A stretch of 64,000 nucleotides of DNA, from assembly GCA_017864995.1 (NCBI GenBank), contig GCA_017864995.1_4097.1. The stretch is one strand, 5' to 3'. This stretch comes from a phage. The position numbers and the translations under genes are program-made. This document shows positions 32,529 to 41,512 of the stretch, piece by piece. Every line of letters starts with the position of its first letter. The first letter of the stretch is position 1. The notes beneath the pieces are model-generated. The model made no database searches. It saw only the letters and a program-made list of their open reading frames with translations, and had not been told where the DNA came from.

Positions 32529-32556
32529 ATAAATATAGTCATAGAGAATAAACAAT

Positions 32557-34068
32557 ATGAAATCTATGGAGAGAAATCAAATGCCAGGTCAATTTACTGA
32601 TAAAAATGGCGGGAACATGGCAGGTCACTCTGATAAATGGAGTGAACGCAATCGTCGTCAAAATAGCTACCAAGCAGGACAGGGGTCACGTGGTTCACGT
32701 AATCAAGGGACAGGTTTAGCTGGTAAGGCAAACGCAGAAGCAGGTGAAGTTAAGAGTACTGAGAACATGACTGAGCTAGAAAAGCTACGTTATGTTAACT
32801 CATTAGGTCTTCTTAACGCAACACAGAAACAACGCCTTGCTGATATGGAACGTGCTGAGAAAGAACAAGCAGTTCCTAAAGAAGAACCAAAACCAGAAGC
32901 TCCTAAAGCAGCTAACCCTGTTAAAGAGTTATCTGATAACTTAGGTAAGATCTTTGCTAACAAACCACAGTTGATTCAGGGTATTGTCAAAGCACTACAG
33001 GCAGTTCCTAAAGAAGAACTCAAAGGTAAAGCACAAGCTGTACTTGATGCAATGAAAGGTAATAAGAGCACTGAACCCACTGAAGTATTCAGTACTATCA
33101 TGCGTGCACTTGAAGGTACACACAAAGAAGATTCCAAAGAACCTGAACAGGGTGAAGCAAGTCTTGATGGTATTCTTAAAACTTTTGATAGTATTGGTAA
33201 AGCAGACCGTGCTAATGCCCAGCAAGTCAAGAATGTACTGGCTAAACTTGAAAACCGTTTAGAAGGTAAAGACGATAAGGTTAAGCTCGTATCAGATGCA
33301 GTTAACAGTGCACTTAAATCTTATGTACAAGGTGAGAAAAGTCGCTTCGTAACAGCTATGGATGCTGCATTCAACACTATGAAAAAGTATGAAGCAGAAC
33401 ATGGTGAGAAGGTAACACCAGATGGTTATCTACTACGTAAAGATGAAGAAGGTGCAGTTGAACAGAAAGATGTTGAGCCTGAGCAAGAAGATCTACCTGA
33501 TACCGTTGATATGGATGGATACATTCATCGTCCTGAGATGGAAGAGTTTGGGTCAGATAAAGAAGGTTTTGAACATGCAATGGCAGTATATAAAGCATTA
33601 GTTAAAAATCCAGATTATGCTAACCGTTTTGTTGACGAGTTTGATAGTGCATGGAATAACTACAAAGAGAAAGGTTATGACTTCCCTGCTGAAGCTGCAT
33701 TCTTTGAACTTGGTAAACTATTAGCTAAACATGGAATTGACGTTGGTTCATCTGATTCTGACGGTATGGAAGAAGAACATCTTGAAATGACTGATAAATC
33801 AATTCATGAACTTCAAAAGTTAATGATGTGGATATCCGAGATTGGTAAAAAAGCAGGTGCTGATAGTAAAAGTATCAACAAAAATATTAGTTGGATTAAA
33901 GATAATGTTGGTAACAATGCTCGTAAACTTCAAAAGGCTTGGGCTGATTTAGTAAATGGTGCAGATGATGTTGACATTGAATCACCAGAAGCATATGAGT
34001 ATGCACTAACTACACTTGATAACTCATTCAAAGAGTACGACCGTGGTGTTGGAAAGGATAAAAAATAA
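32557..34068 (+). CDS. hypothetical charged protein (503 aa)
   Basis: largest + strand ORF; K/E-rich, low hydrophobicity; N-terminal GQGSRGSRNQGTG low-complexity stretch. Confidence 0.6.
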   Translation: MKSMERNQMPGQFTDKNGGNMAGHSDKWSERNRRQNSYQAGQGSRGSRNQGTGLAGKANAEAGEVKSTENMTELEKLRYVNSLGLLNATQKQRLADMERAEKEQAVPKEEPKPEAPKAANPVKELSDNLGKIFANKPQLIQGIVKALQAVPKEELKGKAQAVLDAMKGNKSTEPTEVFSTIMRALEGTHKEDSKEPEQGEASLDGILKTFDSIGKADRANAQQVKNVLAKLENRLEGKDDKVKLVSDAVNSALKSYVQGEKSRFVTAMDAAFNTMKKYEAEHGEKVTPDGYLLRKDEEGAVEQKDVEPEQEDLPDTVDMDGYIHRPEMEEFGSDKEGFEHAMAVYKALVKNPDYANRFVDEFDSAWNNYKEKGYDFPAEAAFFELGKLLAKHGIDVGSSDSDGMEEEHLEMTDKSIHELQKLMMWISEIGKKAGADSKSINKNISWIKDNVGNNARKLQKAWADLVNGADDVDIESPEAYEYALTTLDNSFKEYDRGVGKDKK

Positions 34069-34076
34069 ACATTTAA

Positions 34077-34104
34077 AAGGTTGACTTCGGTCAACCTTTT
34101 TTTG
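34077..34104 (+). terminator. rho-independent terminator (same hairpin family)
   Basis: AAGGTTGAC-TTCG-GTCAACCTT followed by 7 T. Confidence 0.75.
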
Positions 34105-34139
34105 TAAATATTGTAGAGGGTTTTATAAGAGGTAATGCA

Positions 34140-34391
34140 ATGTTTAAATATGTTTTATTTTCACTTGTATTGTTTACTGATATAGTTTATAGTACTGAAT
34201 ACCAGTGCTCCATTGCTAGACAGGAGTTTAGAAACGGTGAGTTCTATACCAAGTCTTACACTAGAGGATTGGTACATGACAATAATAAAACTATAGGGTT
34301 CAATGCATTTGATAACAAAGATCGATATACGTCTGGAATACTATCTGAACGTAAGTCGGATATACTAGGTATCGAGCGTGAATTCCGGTGA
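34140..34391 (+). CDS. predicted secreted protein
   Basis: signal-peptide-like N-terminus. Confidence 0.45.
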   Translation: MFKYVLFSLVLFTDIVYSTEYQCSIARQEFRNGEFYTKSYTRGLVHDNNKTIGFNAFDNKDRYTSGILSERKSDILGIEREFR

Positions 34392-34752
34392 CACGGTTGC
34401 AATGTGTAATGATATTGAGAGTACTAAGAAAGTATATACTAATGGTGAAAATACTTTTAGATTCCACAATCTTACTACCAATGAAAGTTTATACTTCTAC
34501 AACTGTAAAGAGTTCATTAAACCTGTGGATAACTCATGTGATATGCCGGAGCCAAAAACTGCTGTATGTGAGGAACCACAATCTAAAGCTGACAAAGATT
34601 CAAAAGATAAGAAAGACAAAGCTGACAAATCGGATAAAAAAGAAAACAAAAAGAAAGCTAAAGATGATAAAGATAAAAAGTCCCCTAAGCCAAATCCATT
34701 TGAAAAGCCAAAGAATGAAAAGCCAAAACCAGACATGACATGTAAAATATAA
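34378..34752 (+). CDS. hypothetical protein with K/D-rich low-complexity tail (GTG start; may be fused to 34140 ORF by a frameshift)
   Basis: overlaps upstream ORF by 14 nt in another frame; tail DKDSKDKKDKADKSDKKENKKKAKDDKDKK. Confidence 0.35.
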   Translation: MNSGDTVAMCNDIESTKKVYTNGENTFRFHNLTTNESLYFYNCKEFIKPVDNSCDMPEPKTAVCEEPQSKADKDSKDKKDKADKSDKKENKKKAKDDKDKKSPKPNPFEKPKNEKPKPDMTCKI

Positions 34753-34758
34753 AAGAAA

Positions 34759-34792
34759 AGGGTTGACTTCGGTCGGCCCTTTTTGCTATAAT
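34759..34792 (+). terminator. terminator/promoter cassette
   Basis: GGGTTGAC-TTCG-GTCGGCCC hairpin + T-run; TTGACT 34763-34768, 18 nt, TATAAT 34787-34792. Confidence 0.7.
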
Positions 34793-34818
34793 CATTTCAT
34801 CAACTACTGGAGGCAAAC

Positions 34819-35232
34819 ATGTTAAAAGTTATTTTCCGTTCTATCAGTTCATTACTTCTTATGATTAGTTCAGTTTGTTATGCAAATGAAGTATCTGATT
34901 TATTTGAGAAGAATTACCCAACTGCACAAGAGATGGGTGTTTTAAAATGCAAGCTAACTTCGTACAACATCATCGGCAGTAAACTTGTACTGGAACATGA
35001 ACGTAGTACACCAATCCCTCTAGTAGAAGAAGGTAGTACCTTTAGCTTCAAGTACGGGGTGAATGTAACATCTGGTGTAATGAACAATGTTGATGCAGAG
35101 ACTGGTTCAACATGGAGTACTAGCGGTAAAGATGTGTTTCATCGTATGCGTGAAAATGGTAAACTGAAGTACGTATATGAAAGTTCATTCATGAAACGTG
35201 TATTCATTATAAAAAATTGTGTACCAGCATAA
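34819..35232 (+). CDS. predicted secreted protein
   Basis: signal-peptide-like MLKVIFRSISSLLLMISSVCYA. Confidence 0.5.
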   Translation: MLKVIFRSISSLLLMISSVCYANEVSDLFEKNYPTAQEMGVLKCKLTSYNIIGSKLVLEHERSTPIPLVEEGSTFSFKYGVNVTSGVMNNVDAETGSTWSTSGKDVFHRMRENGKLKYVYESSFMKRVFIIKNCVPA

Positions 35233-35243
35233 GGAACAACATC

Positions 35244-35519
35244 ATGCGTTCATTTGAAAACTTAATCGGTAAACTTCGCTTACAAGAAATTGAAGCTGAT
35301 GTGAAGGAATTATCTGAAACTAAGAGTTACATTCATTTAGATGAACTGTTTATTAAGTACGGTGAGATTGGTTTTAAGTCATTATTTGTTTTTGTCATGA
35401 AGGTGCATAGTTTAAAGTACTTTGATTTGAGTTCAAAAGACGGACAACCAAATCTGTATTACATGTATTATCTTAAGAACATAGACGAAGCTAATACATT
35501 ATTCTTAGAATATATGTAG
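35244..35519 (+). CDS. hypothetical protein
   Basis: start at ATG 35244 after AAGGAACAACATC. Confidence 0.45.
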   Translation: MRSFENLIGKLRLQEIEADVKELSETKSYIHLDELFIKYGEIGFKSLFVFVMKVHSLKYFDLSSKDGQPNLYYMYYLKNIDEANTLFLEYM

Positions 35520-35530
35520 GGGTAAAAAAA

Positions 35531-35869
35531 ATGGAACAACATTTTGAATTAATTAATAAGGTATCATTTTATGTAGTATCGTTAATTTGGGTGTATTACA
35601 TGTTTTGTTACATTATTGCATTCTTCCGATACACAACCTTGTATCAACGCATATACTACGATGCACCCATTTCATTTATGATGTTCTGTGCATGTACGTG
35701 GGGGATAATTGAAGCACTGGTATGTGGATATAGTACTGACGAATTAAATCTCGTATCGGGGTTGACATTACTAACAATTGCCATTATGATAGCTACTGTT
35801 CCGATATTTTTGCTCTTTAAACTGCTTCATCGTATTGATGAGTGGCGTGATAAAATCCCTGAAAAGTAA
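35531..35869 (+). CDS. small polytopic membrane protein, LR[DN]K[IM]P family, copy 1
   Basis: 3 TM-like segments; C-terminus RIDEWRDKIPEK. Confidence 0.55.
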   Translation: MEQHFELINKVSFYVVSLIWVYYMFCYIIAFFRYTTLYQRIYYDAPISFMMFCACTWGIIEALVCGYSTDELNLVSGLTLLTIAIMIATVPIFLLFKLLHRIDEWRDKIPEK

Positions 35870-35872
35870 GGA

Positions 35873-36220
35873 TTGATAATGATTTTCTACACTAATGCTT
35901 TTGCTTATGCTATTGCATCAATCTACATTGTGTACTTCTTATTTGGTGGAGTACTGTACTTCTTTAAGTACAAAACATTGTTTAACCGAATGTATCCAAA
36001 TCATCCAATTGTTGTAGTACTTTTGATTATTTCTGTTGCTCACATCATTGTAGAAACAATAATGGGTATTAGTGCAGTACATTACAGTCTAGGTACTATT
36101 GTGATTATTACTATGATCATCGCATACATTTTAGTAATGGGTTTTGGTTTATTTGGAAATGTAGCAATGAAATTGTATAATCGAATCAAAACATTACGTG
36201 ATAATCTACCGGAGCGTTGA
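35873..36220 (+). CDS. small polytopic membrane protein, same family, copy 2
   Basis: C-terminus RIKTLRDNLPER. Confidence 0.55.
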   Translation: MIMIFYTNAFAYAIASIYIVYFLFGGVLYFFKYKTLFNRMYPNHPIVVVLLIISVAHIIVETIMGISAVHYSLGTIVIITMIIAYILVMGFGLFGNVAMKLYNRIKTLRDNLPER

Positions 36221-36221
36221 G

Positions 36222-36566
36222 ATGTATAATTTAAATTTAATATCATATATCATAACAACACTGTTTACTTTCTATGCCTTTGTTGGTATACTCCTACTGT
36301 ACTTTAAATTTTATAAACTTTTTGATCGTTTTTATCCGTCATTAGAACATGAATTCTTATTAGTGATGTACATATGTCTAACGTTTATGTCTACATTTTT
36401 CACTGCATCTGATGGTATCATTGGTATTAAAGCTGAAGAACCAAATGGGAGTACGCTTGTTGCCTTTATTCTGGTAGGATTTTTCAGTACTTATATTACC
36501 TTTATTTCAGGATGTACCGTGATTGATTATCTTGTGAAATTACGAGATAAAATGCCAAATCGATAG
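36222..36566 (+). CDS. small polytopic membrane protein, same family, copy 3
   Basis: C-terminus LVKLRDKMPNR; start at ATG 36222. Confidence 0.55.
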   Translation: MYNLNLISYIITTLFTFYAFVGILLLYFKFYKLFDRFYPSLEHEFLLVMYICLTFMSTFFTASDGIIGIKAEEPNGSTLVAFILVGFFSTYITFISGCTVIDYLVKLRDKMPNR

Positions 36567-36575
36567 GGGATTGCT

Positions 36576-36833
36576 ATGTTTGCATTGCGTAATAAAAATA
36601 CAAAAGAGATTCTATGTATCTCAATAGTATGGGATTGTGCAGGAAGTGAAATGATTCTCGAAGAAGGTTCAGGTGATTGTGTTTATGTTGTTCAGGATCG
36701 TCGCGAACTGGAATCATTACTTGACGAATTTAATGCTGGTGGAAATCCTAAAAGTACTCAATTCCCTGAGATCAGGAATCCAGCACCACCAGGCTCTTAT
36801 GAAATTCTACAACTGTGGGAGATGGATAAGTAA
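36576..36833 (+). CDS. hypothetical protein
   Basis: ORF track. Confidence 0.5.
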   Translation: MFALRNKNTKEILCISIVWDCAGSEMILEEGSGDCVYVVQDRRELESLLDEFNAGGNPKSTQFPEIRNPAPPGSYEILQLWEMDK

Positions 36834-37213
36834 TGCGTCAAATGCACAAAGTAACCGAGCTAAACAAGCGTCTGATTAAACAATCAATGTTTGAGGATAA
36901 AGAGTCTTACTATAACTTCAAACGTGCTGTAGAGGCTGCTATCCACATTCAGAAGCTTAAAGATAGTGGATGTATTATTCTCGAAAATGGTTCTGACGTT
37001 GTTACTGATGACTTCAGTGTAGCGTTTGATGTTTCACCTGATGGTTCGCTATCAATGCCACGCTTAGGGACTGGTGACATGACTGTGTGGGTAGGTTTCA
37101 CTATGGGGAATGTACCAGGCACGGTGTATGTAGATGATGCTGAGTTGAAAGAAAGCTTCAAAAACTTATCGCATCTTGAACCACAATACGCACATGAAAT
37201 GAATTTATTTTGA
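36833..37213 (+). CDS. hypothetical protein
   Basis: TAATG overlap. Confidence 0.5.
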   Translation: MRQMHKVTELNKRLIKQSMFEDKESYYNFKRAVEAAIHIQKLKDSGCIILENGSDVVTDDFSVAFDVSPDGSLSMPRLGTGDMTVWVGFTMGNVPGTVYVDDAELKESFKNLSHLEPQYAHEMNLF

Positions 37214-37214
37214 G

Positions 37215-37242
37215 TTGACAAACTCATTCAGTACTGTATAAT
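37215..37242 (+). promoter_or_regulatory. sigma70-like promoter (repeated family)
   Basis: TTGACA - 16 nt - TATAAT with the CAGTACTG spacer motif. Confidence 0.6.
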
Positions 37243-37289
37243 GTTTATCAAGGGGATGAACTTCTCATCCCCACAATCGAGGAATTGTC

Positions 37290-37844
37290 ATGATTACTTT
37301 TAAGAAAACTGCTAACCACATCCATGAGATCTACATTAACGGTCACAAAGCTGGCCTTCTTCGTTTACTCGCCCATCATCCGAATATTACCGTATCTGAT
37401 AATGAACCTAAAGATTGGCGTGTATTTTTCTTTGGAAAGTACAGTGATTTTCAAGTATCAAACCTGAAGAACATTCGTTCAGTATGCACGTTAACTGAAA
37501 TTAAAGAAAAGTTAACCAAAGCATTGAAAACTAATCCAGATAGTGTTCTTCCACCTGATAACTTTGTAGAGAAAGGATATGCCTTAGCTCATTTCAAAGA
37601 TGGTACTATTCAATCTATCAGTACTGAATATGAATATCAATGGACTGAGTACTTCACTTATGGATCGCGTAATACATTGATGGCTTCACGTAGTAAATTG
37701 GAAGAAGTACTGACTCGTATGAATGAACGCGAGCGTCAATTTTATGACAAACCAGAAATGTGGAGTTCAACTTACATTGACCGTATTGACTATGTTATTA
37801 TGACTCCAATCTTTGACACTGCTTACTATGATTCTTTGAAATAA
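37290..37844 (+). CDS. hypothetical protein
   Basis: ORF track; GAGGAATTGTC-ATG context. Confidence 0.55.
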   Translation: MITFKKTANHIHEIYINGHKAGLLRLLAHHPNITVSDNEPKDWRVFFFGKYSDFQVSNLKNIRSVCTLTEIKEKLTKALKTNPDSVLPPDNFVEKGYALAHFKDGTIQSISTEYEYQWTEYFTYGSRNTLMASRSKLEEVLTRMNERERQFYDKPEMWSSTYIDRIDYVIMTPIFDTAYYDSLK

Positions 37845-37855
37845 GGATAACTTAT

Positions 37856-38032
37856 ATGAAACTACGTACTCGTAATCGACTGATGGATGCACTGTACCAT
37901 GAACAGCTTTCACTGAATGAAGTGAAGCGTCAGTTAATGTACACATATCTGTTACCCGCTCGCATTGCAAAACAACGTGCTAAAGAATTGCTGAAAGAAG
38001 CAATCGAGTACTGGGAATCTGATTCGTACTAA
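37856..38032 (+). CDS. small basic protein (58 aa)
   Basis: AAGGATAACTTAT-ATG context; below ORF-track cutoff. Confidence 0.4.
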   Translation: MKLRTRNRLMDALYHEQLSLNEVKRQLMYTYLLPARIAKQRAKELLKEAIEYWESDSY

Positions 38033-38060
38033 TTGTCACGTTAATTAAGTGAGGCGATAA

Positions 38061-38312
38061 ATGAAAATTTTATTAGTTCTAATACTACTAATTGTTTTAC
38101 CATTTACGTTAGTATCCCCTGAACTTGCATGGAATGTGTTTGTGTACTTACTATGTACTATTGTAGTAAATGGTATCTTGATCTTAGTTCTATTCATAAA
38201 TGGAATAGGACACGGTGGAGGATGGACCAGTACTGCTGATATTGTACATAAAACCACTATGTTTTTATTTGTAGTGTGGAATTTATTCTGGACTTGGTTT
38301 GTGTTCTTCTAA
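38061..38312 (+). CDS. small membrane protein
   Basis: hydrophobic; GAGGCGATAA-ATG context. Confidence 0.5.
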   Translation: MKILLVLILLIVLPFTLVSPELAWNVFVYLLCTIVVNGILILVLFINGIGHGGGWTSTADIVHKTTMFLFVVWNLFWTWFVFF

Positions 38313-38321
38313 TTAAAAAAT

Positions 38322-38693
38322 ATGAATATAGATTTGAAAGGTGCAACACGAACTGTCATACTCATTGGGGAATATGCTATCAAGATTCCAACCTTTAAAA
38401 GTTGGAAGCTATTCTTAACAGGGATGATAGCTAACCTCAATGAACGTTCGTGGATGCAGTACTCCAAGCGTAGTGATACTGGTATCTGTCCTACTTTGTG
38501 GTCATCATGTACTGGACTAGTAACTGTACAGAAACGTTGTAAGCCAGTACAACATAGGGGTTTATTTTGGGTGGAGTTGTGTGCTTTAGCATTGAATTCA
38601 GAGTTAAGTACTGACTTCTTTTATTCAGATGCGAAGCCAGAAAACTTTGGGTATCTGTGTGGTAAGTTGGTTAAACTTGATTATGGAGATTAA
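38322..38693 (+). CDS. hypothetical protein
   Basis: ORF track. Confidence 0.5.
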   Translation: MNIDLKGATRTVILIGEYAIKIPTFKSWKLFLTGMIANLNERSWMQYSKRSDTGICPTLWSSCTGLVTVQKRCKPVQHRGLFWVELCALALNSELSTDFFYSDAKPENFGYLCGKLVKLDYGD

Positions 38694-38694
38694 T

Positions 38695-38964
38695 ATGTAC
38701 GCACTGTATAATAAAGAAAAGAAACGATTTGCTAAGGTTGAAATTTCGATTGATACATTTGACATGTTGGAGTACTGTATTGTAACGGACCTATATGCTA
38801 ACTTGTATTACGTTCTTGATGACGTATCAGTACTGCAACGATTGCTTGAGAATTCCAAAAGTCAATGCCAGGGCATCCATGATGGTTCATCTTATGAAAC
38901 ACCTGAGTGTTCCTACGGCTATCTGGACGGGTATGAGATTGTGAAGTTGGGGATTGTTGAATAA
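38695..38964 (+). CDS. hypothetical protein
   Basis: start at ATG 38695 after GGAGAT. Confidence 0.45.
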   Translation: MYALYNKEKKRFAKVEISIDTFDMLEYCIVTDLYANLYYVLDDVSVLQRLLENSKSQCQGIHDGSSYETPECSYGYLDGYEIVKLGIVE

Positions 38965-38976
38965 ATGGATTAAACA

Positions 38977-39390
38977 ATGAAGAAGTGTATCACGTGTAAT
39001 ATTGAAAAAGACATTAGTGAATTTGGTATAAGAAGTGATACTGGGAAACATAGAAATACATGCAAAGGTTGTAGTAATATTACCAGTAAGAGAACCAGAA
39101 ATAAAAAAACTGATGTAAAAACACTTGAAGAAATCAAAAGAAAAAATAAAGATTTCATGACCAGAGTTAAATCATTTTATGGTTGTAGTGTTTGTATGAT
39201 GAAGTATCCAGAATGTTTAGACTTTCACCATCTTGACCCTAATACCAAAGAACATACACCAAGTTCTATGTTCAGTAAAAGTCGAGATGCTATCAAAGAT
39301 GAAATTCGAAAGTGTATGATTCTTTGTTCTAATCACCATCGCATGGTACATTCTGGTAGACTATGTTTGATTGAAAGAAAAAAGGGTTGA
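38977..39390 (+). CDS. HNH endonuclease-like protein
   Basis: CITCNIEKD ... CKGC ... LDFHHLDPNTK ... CSNHHRMVH: CxxC, HH, N, CxxxHH pattern of HNH nucleases. Confidence 0.6.
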   Translation: MKKCITCNIEKDISEFGIRSDTGKHRNTCKGCSNITSKRTRNKKTDVKTLEEIKRKNKDFMTRVKSFYGCSVCMMKYPECLDFHHLDPNTKEHTPSSMFSKSRDAIKDEIRKCMILCSNHHRMVHSGRLCLIERKKG

Positions 39391-39416
39391 CTTCGGTCAG
39401 CCCTTTTTGCTATAAT
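39384..39416 (+). terminator. terminator/promoter cassette
   Basis: GGGTTGAC-TTCG-GTCAGCCC hairpin + T-run; TTGACT 39387-39392, 18 nt, TATAAT 39411-39416. Confidence 0.7.
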
Positions 39417-39444
39417 CATTTCATCGAAACGAGAGGATGAATAC

Positions 39445-39888
39445 ATGACACGCATTAACTTAGTACACGTTAAAGAACTTGCTGACCAACATCTGATGGC
39501 TGAATATCGTGAACTCCCACGTGTGTTTGGTGCTGTACAAAAACATGTTCAAGCACGTAAGCGAGTCCGTGATTTCAAAATTAACAGTACTTACCTGTTA
39601 GGTTCAGGTCATGTAACATTCTTCTACAACAAGTTATTGTACTTACAGAAGCGTCATATTGATATTGTTAACGAATGTTTGCGTCGTGGGATGAAGATTC
39701 AAAACACTGAAGTAAACGACATTAGCGGATTCCCTACTGAGTTTTGTAATGACTACGTACCATCGGAGTCAGAGATTAAAATGTCTCGTGAGCGTTTGAT
39801 TGAGAAGCTACAGATGAAGCCTACGTGGTATAAGTTTACTGATGTTGAGTTACCTGAGTATTATCGTTCTATGATAGTGTATTACTAA
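39445..39888 (+). CDS. denV: pyrimidine dimer DNA glycosylase / endonuclease V (T4 DenV homologue)
   Basis: N-terminal [31 protein letters not shown]...KRVRDFKI...[10 protein letters not shown] matches recalled T4 endonuclease V almost residue for residue, including catalytic N-terminal Thr2 and Glu23 context; C-terminal PTWYKF also conserved. Confidence 0.9.
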   Translation: MTRINLVHVKELADQHLMAEYRELPRVFGAVQKHVQARKRVRDFKINSTYLLGSGHVTFFYNKLLYLQKRHIDIVNECLRRGMKIQNTEVNDISGFPTEFCNDYVPSESEIKMSRERLIEKLQMKPTWYKFTDVELPEYYRSMIVYY

Positions 39889-39988
39889 AAATACACCATA
39901 AATGAAGAAATTATTTAATACAAATGTGTTGACCAGTGGTTGACATTTATGTTAACATATCAGTACTGAAAACTAAAGAGATTGAGTA

Positions 39989-41443
39989 ATGTTTGAAGAA
40001 TTTTACATGAACTTAAAAAATGAAAAAGTATTCATACATAGTGAATGTGGGATGTCATTTCAATTCATTGATAATAGTATTCTTCCAGATTACTATAAGA
40101 ATGTGATCAATAAATTGAGAACCATAAATTCAAACATTACGATTTTTGGATTCTGTGTAAGCTCATTAGATGAGCTATCATCTAAATCAAAAATTCTTTT
40201 CATGTATAAGAATGTTTTATATTTAAATATGGATCAACATACCTTAAAAAATAAAATTTCCAAAACAACAGATTTGAAATTTGTAGTTCCATATAATAAT
40301 GATAACTATTTTTATTACATTACCCAAAAAGTGAAAAAATTTGGGGCATGTATTTTTGAAAATGAAAAAATAAGTGATGGTGCAAATACTATAATTAAAT
40401 ACAAATGTCACGACGGTCATATAACCAACAAAACTATAAAGGCGATTCACAATAATCCAGATAAATGTATGATGTGTGCTGGCATAGCCCCACTAACCCA
40501 AGAAAATGCATCATCTATCGTTGCGGAGAAATGTAAAGAAAAAAATCTTGAATTTACTCCATTTACATATATCAATATTTCTACCAAAATAAATCTATAT
40601 TGTAAGATTCATGATTATTCTTGGGTATCAGTGTATAATAACATCAGGAATGATGGGTTTGGGTGTAAGTATTGTGCAAGTGCAAAAAATTCAATGCTAC
40701 GCAAACCAAAAAACCCACAACAAGAAATTGAAAAAATATGTGTTGAGAATGGGTATAAATTAGTGGAGCCTTTTGTATATACCAATCAAACCACAGTCAT
40801 TCATTTAATGTGTGATAAACATCCAATACCCCACACATGGAAGACTGCTTATTCATCTTTGGTATATTCAAAGACTAAGTGTAACTTATGTCAAACACAT
40901 AAATCATCTAGGGCGAATATCATTAATAAAGAAGAACGTAAAGCTCAAGTTCAAGCAAAAAGTTTAAAAAATGACTGGGTATTGAAAGATTTTGAATTTG
41001 GGGGAAGTGTTTGTAGAAATATACATCTTGAATGTCATAAGCATAGTCGAGTACATAAGTGGACAACAACCTATCATCATTACATTGTTCGTGATCAAGG
41101 TTGTGCAGCCTGTAATAATGGTCATACACAGCAATATGCTTATATTAATACTATTTTAGACAATGATTTACCTGTGGCTTTAAAATATGGTATTGAAAAA
41201 CAAAAAGGAACAAGAGTTAAGACACAAAATAGAAAATCATTATTTAAAGTACAGTCATTGTATGTTTATGTATTCCAAAGCGTAGAACAGTGCAAGAACG
41301 CTGAAAAAGAATGTAAGAAGATTTTTGGAAAAGGTATTTTATCTAAACGCGAAATGTGTGATGGATATACTGAAACAACCACAATATTAAATTTGGGTAA
41401 AATCATTGAAATCTATGAAAAATGGGGTGGCGTAAAACAATAA
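39989..41443 (+). CDS. hypothetical protein with four tandem Cys/His zinc-ribbon-like repeats
   Basis: four repeats of the pattern C-x-[DK]-H-x(2-6)-W-x(10-20)-G-C-x(2)-C (KCHDGH...KCMMC; CKIHDYSW...GCKYC; CDKHPIPHTW...KCNLC; CHKHSRVHKW...GCAAC). Confidence 0.55.
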   Translation: MFEEFYMNLKNEKVFIHSECGMSFQFIDNSILPDYYKNVINKLRTINSNITIFGFCVSSLDELSSKSKILFMYKNVLYLNMDQHTLKNKISKTTDLKFVVPYNNDNYFYYITQKVKKFGACIFENEKISDGANTIIKYKCHDGHITNKTIKAIHNNPDKCMMCAGIAPLTQENASSIVAEKCKEKNLEFTPFTYINISTKINLYCKIHDYSWVSVYNNIRNDGFGCKYCASAKNSMLRKPKNPQQEIEKICVENGYKLVEPFVYTNQTTVIHLMCDKHPIPHTWKTAYSSLVYSKTKCNLCQTHKSSRANIINKEERKAQVQAKSLKNDWVLKDFEFGGSVCRNIHLECHKHSRVHKWTTTYHHYIVRDQGCAACNNGHTQQYAYINTILDNDLPVALKYGIEKQKGTRVKTQNRKSLFKVQSLYVYVFQSVEQCKNAEKECKKIFGKGILSKREMCDGYTETTTILNLGKIIEIYEKWGGVKQ

Positions 41444-41451
41444 TAAGAAAA

Positions 41452-41484
41452 GGGTTGACTTCGGTCGGCCCTTTTTGCTATAAT
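41452..41484 (+). terminator. terminator/promoter cassette
   Basis: GGGTTGAC-TTCG-GTCGGCCC hairpin + T-run; TTGACT 41455-41460, 18 nt, TATAAT 41479-41484. Confidence 0.7.
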
Positions 41485-41512
41485 TATTTCATCAACTGAT
41501 GAGGATAACGAA

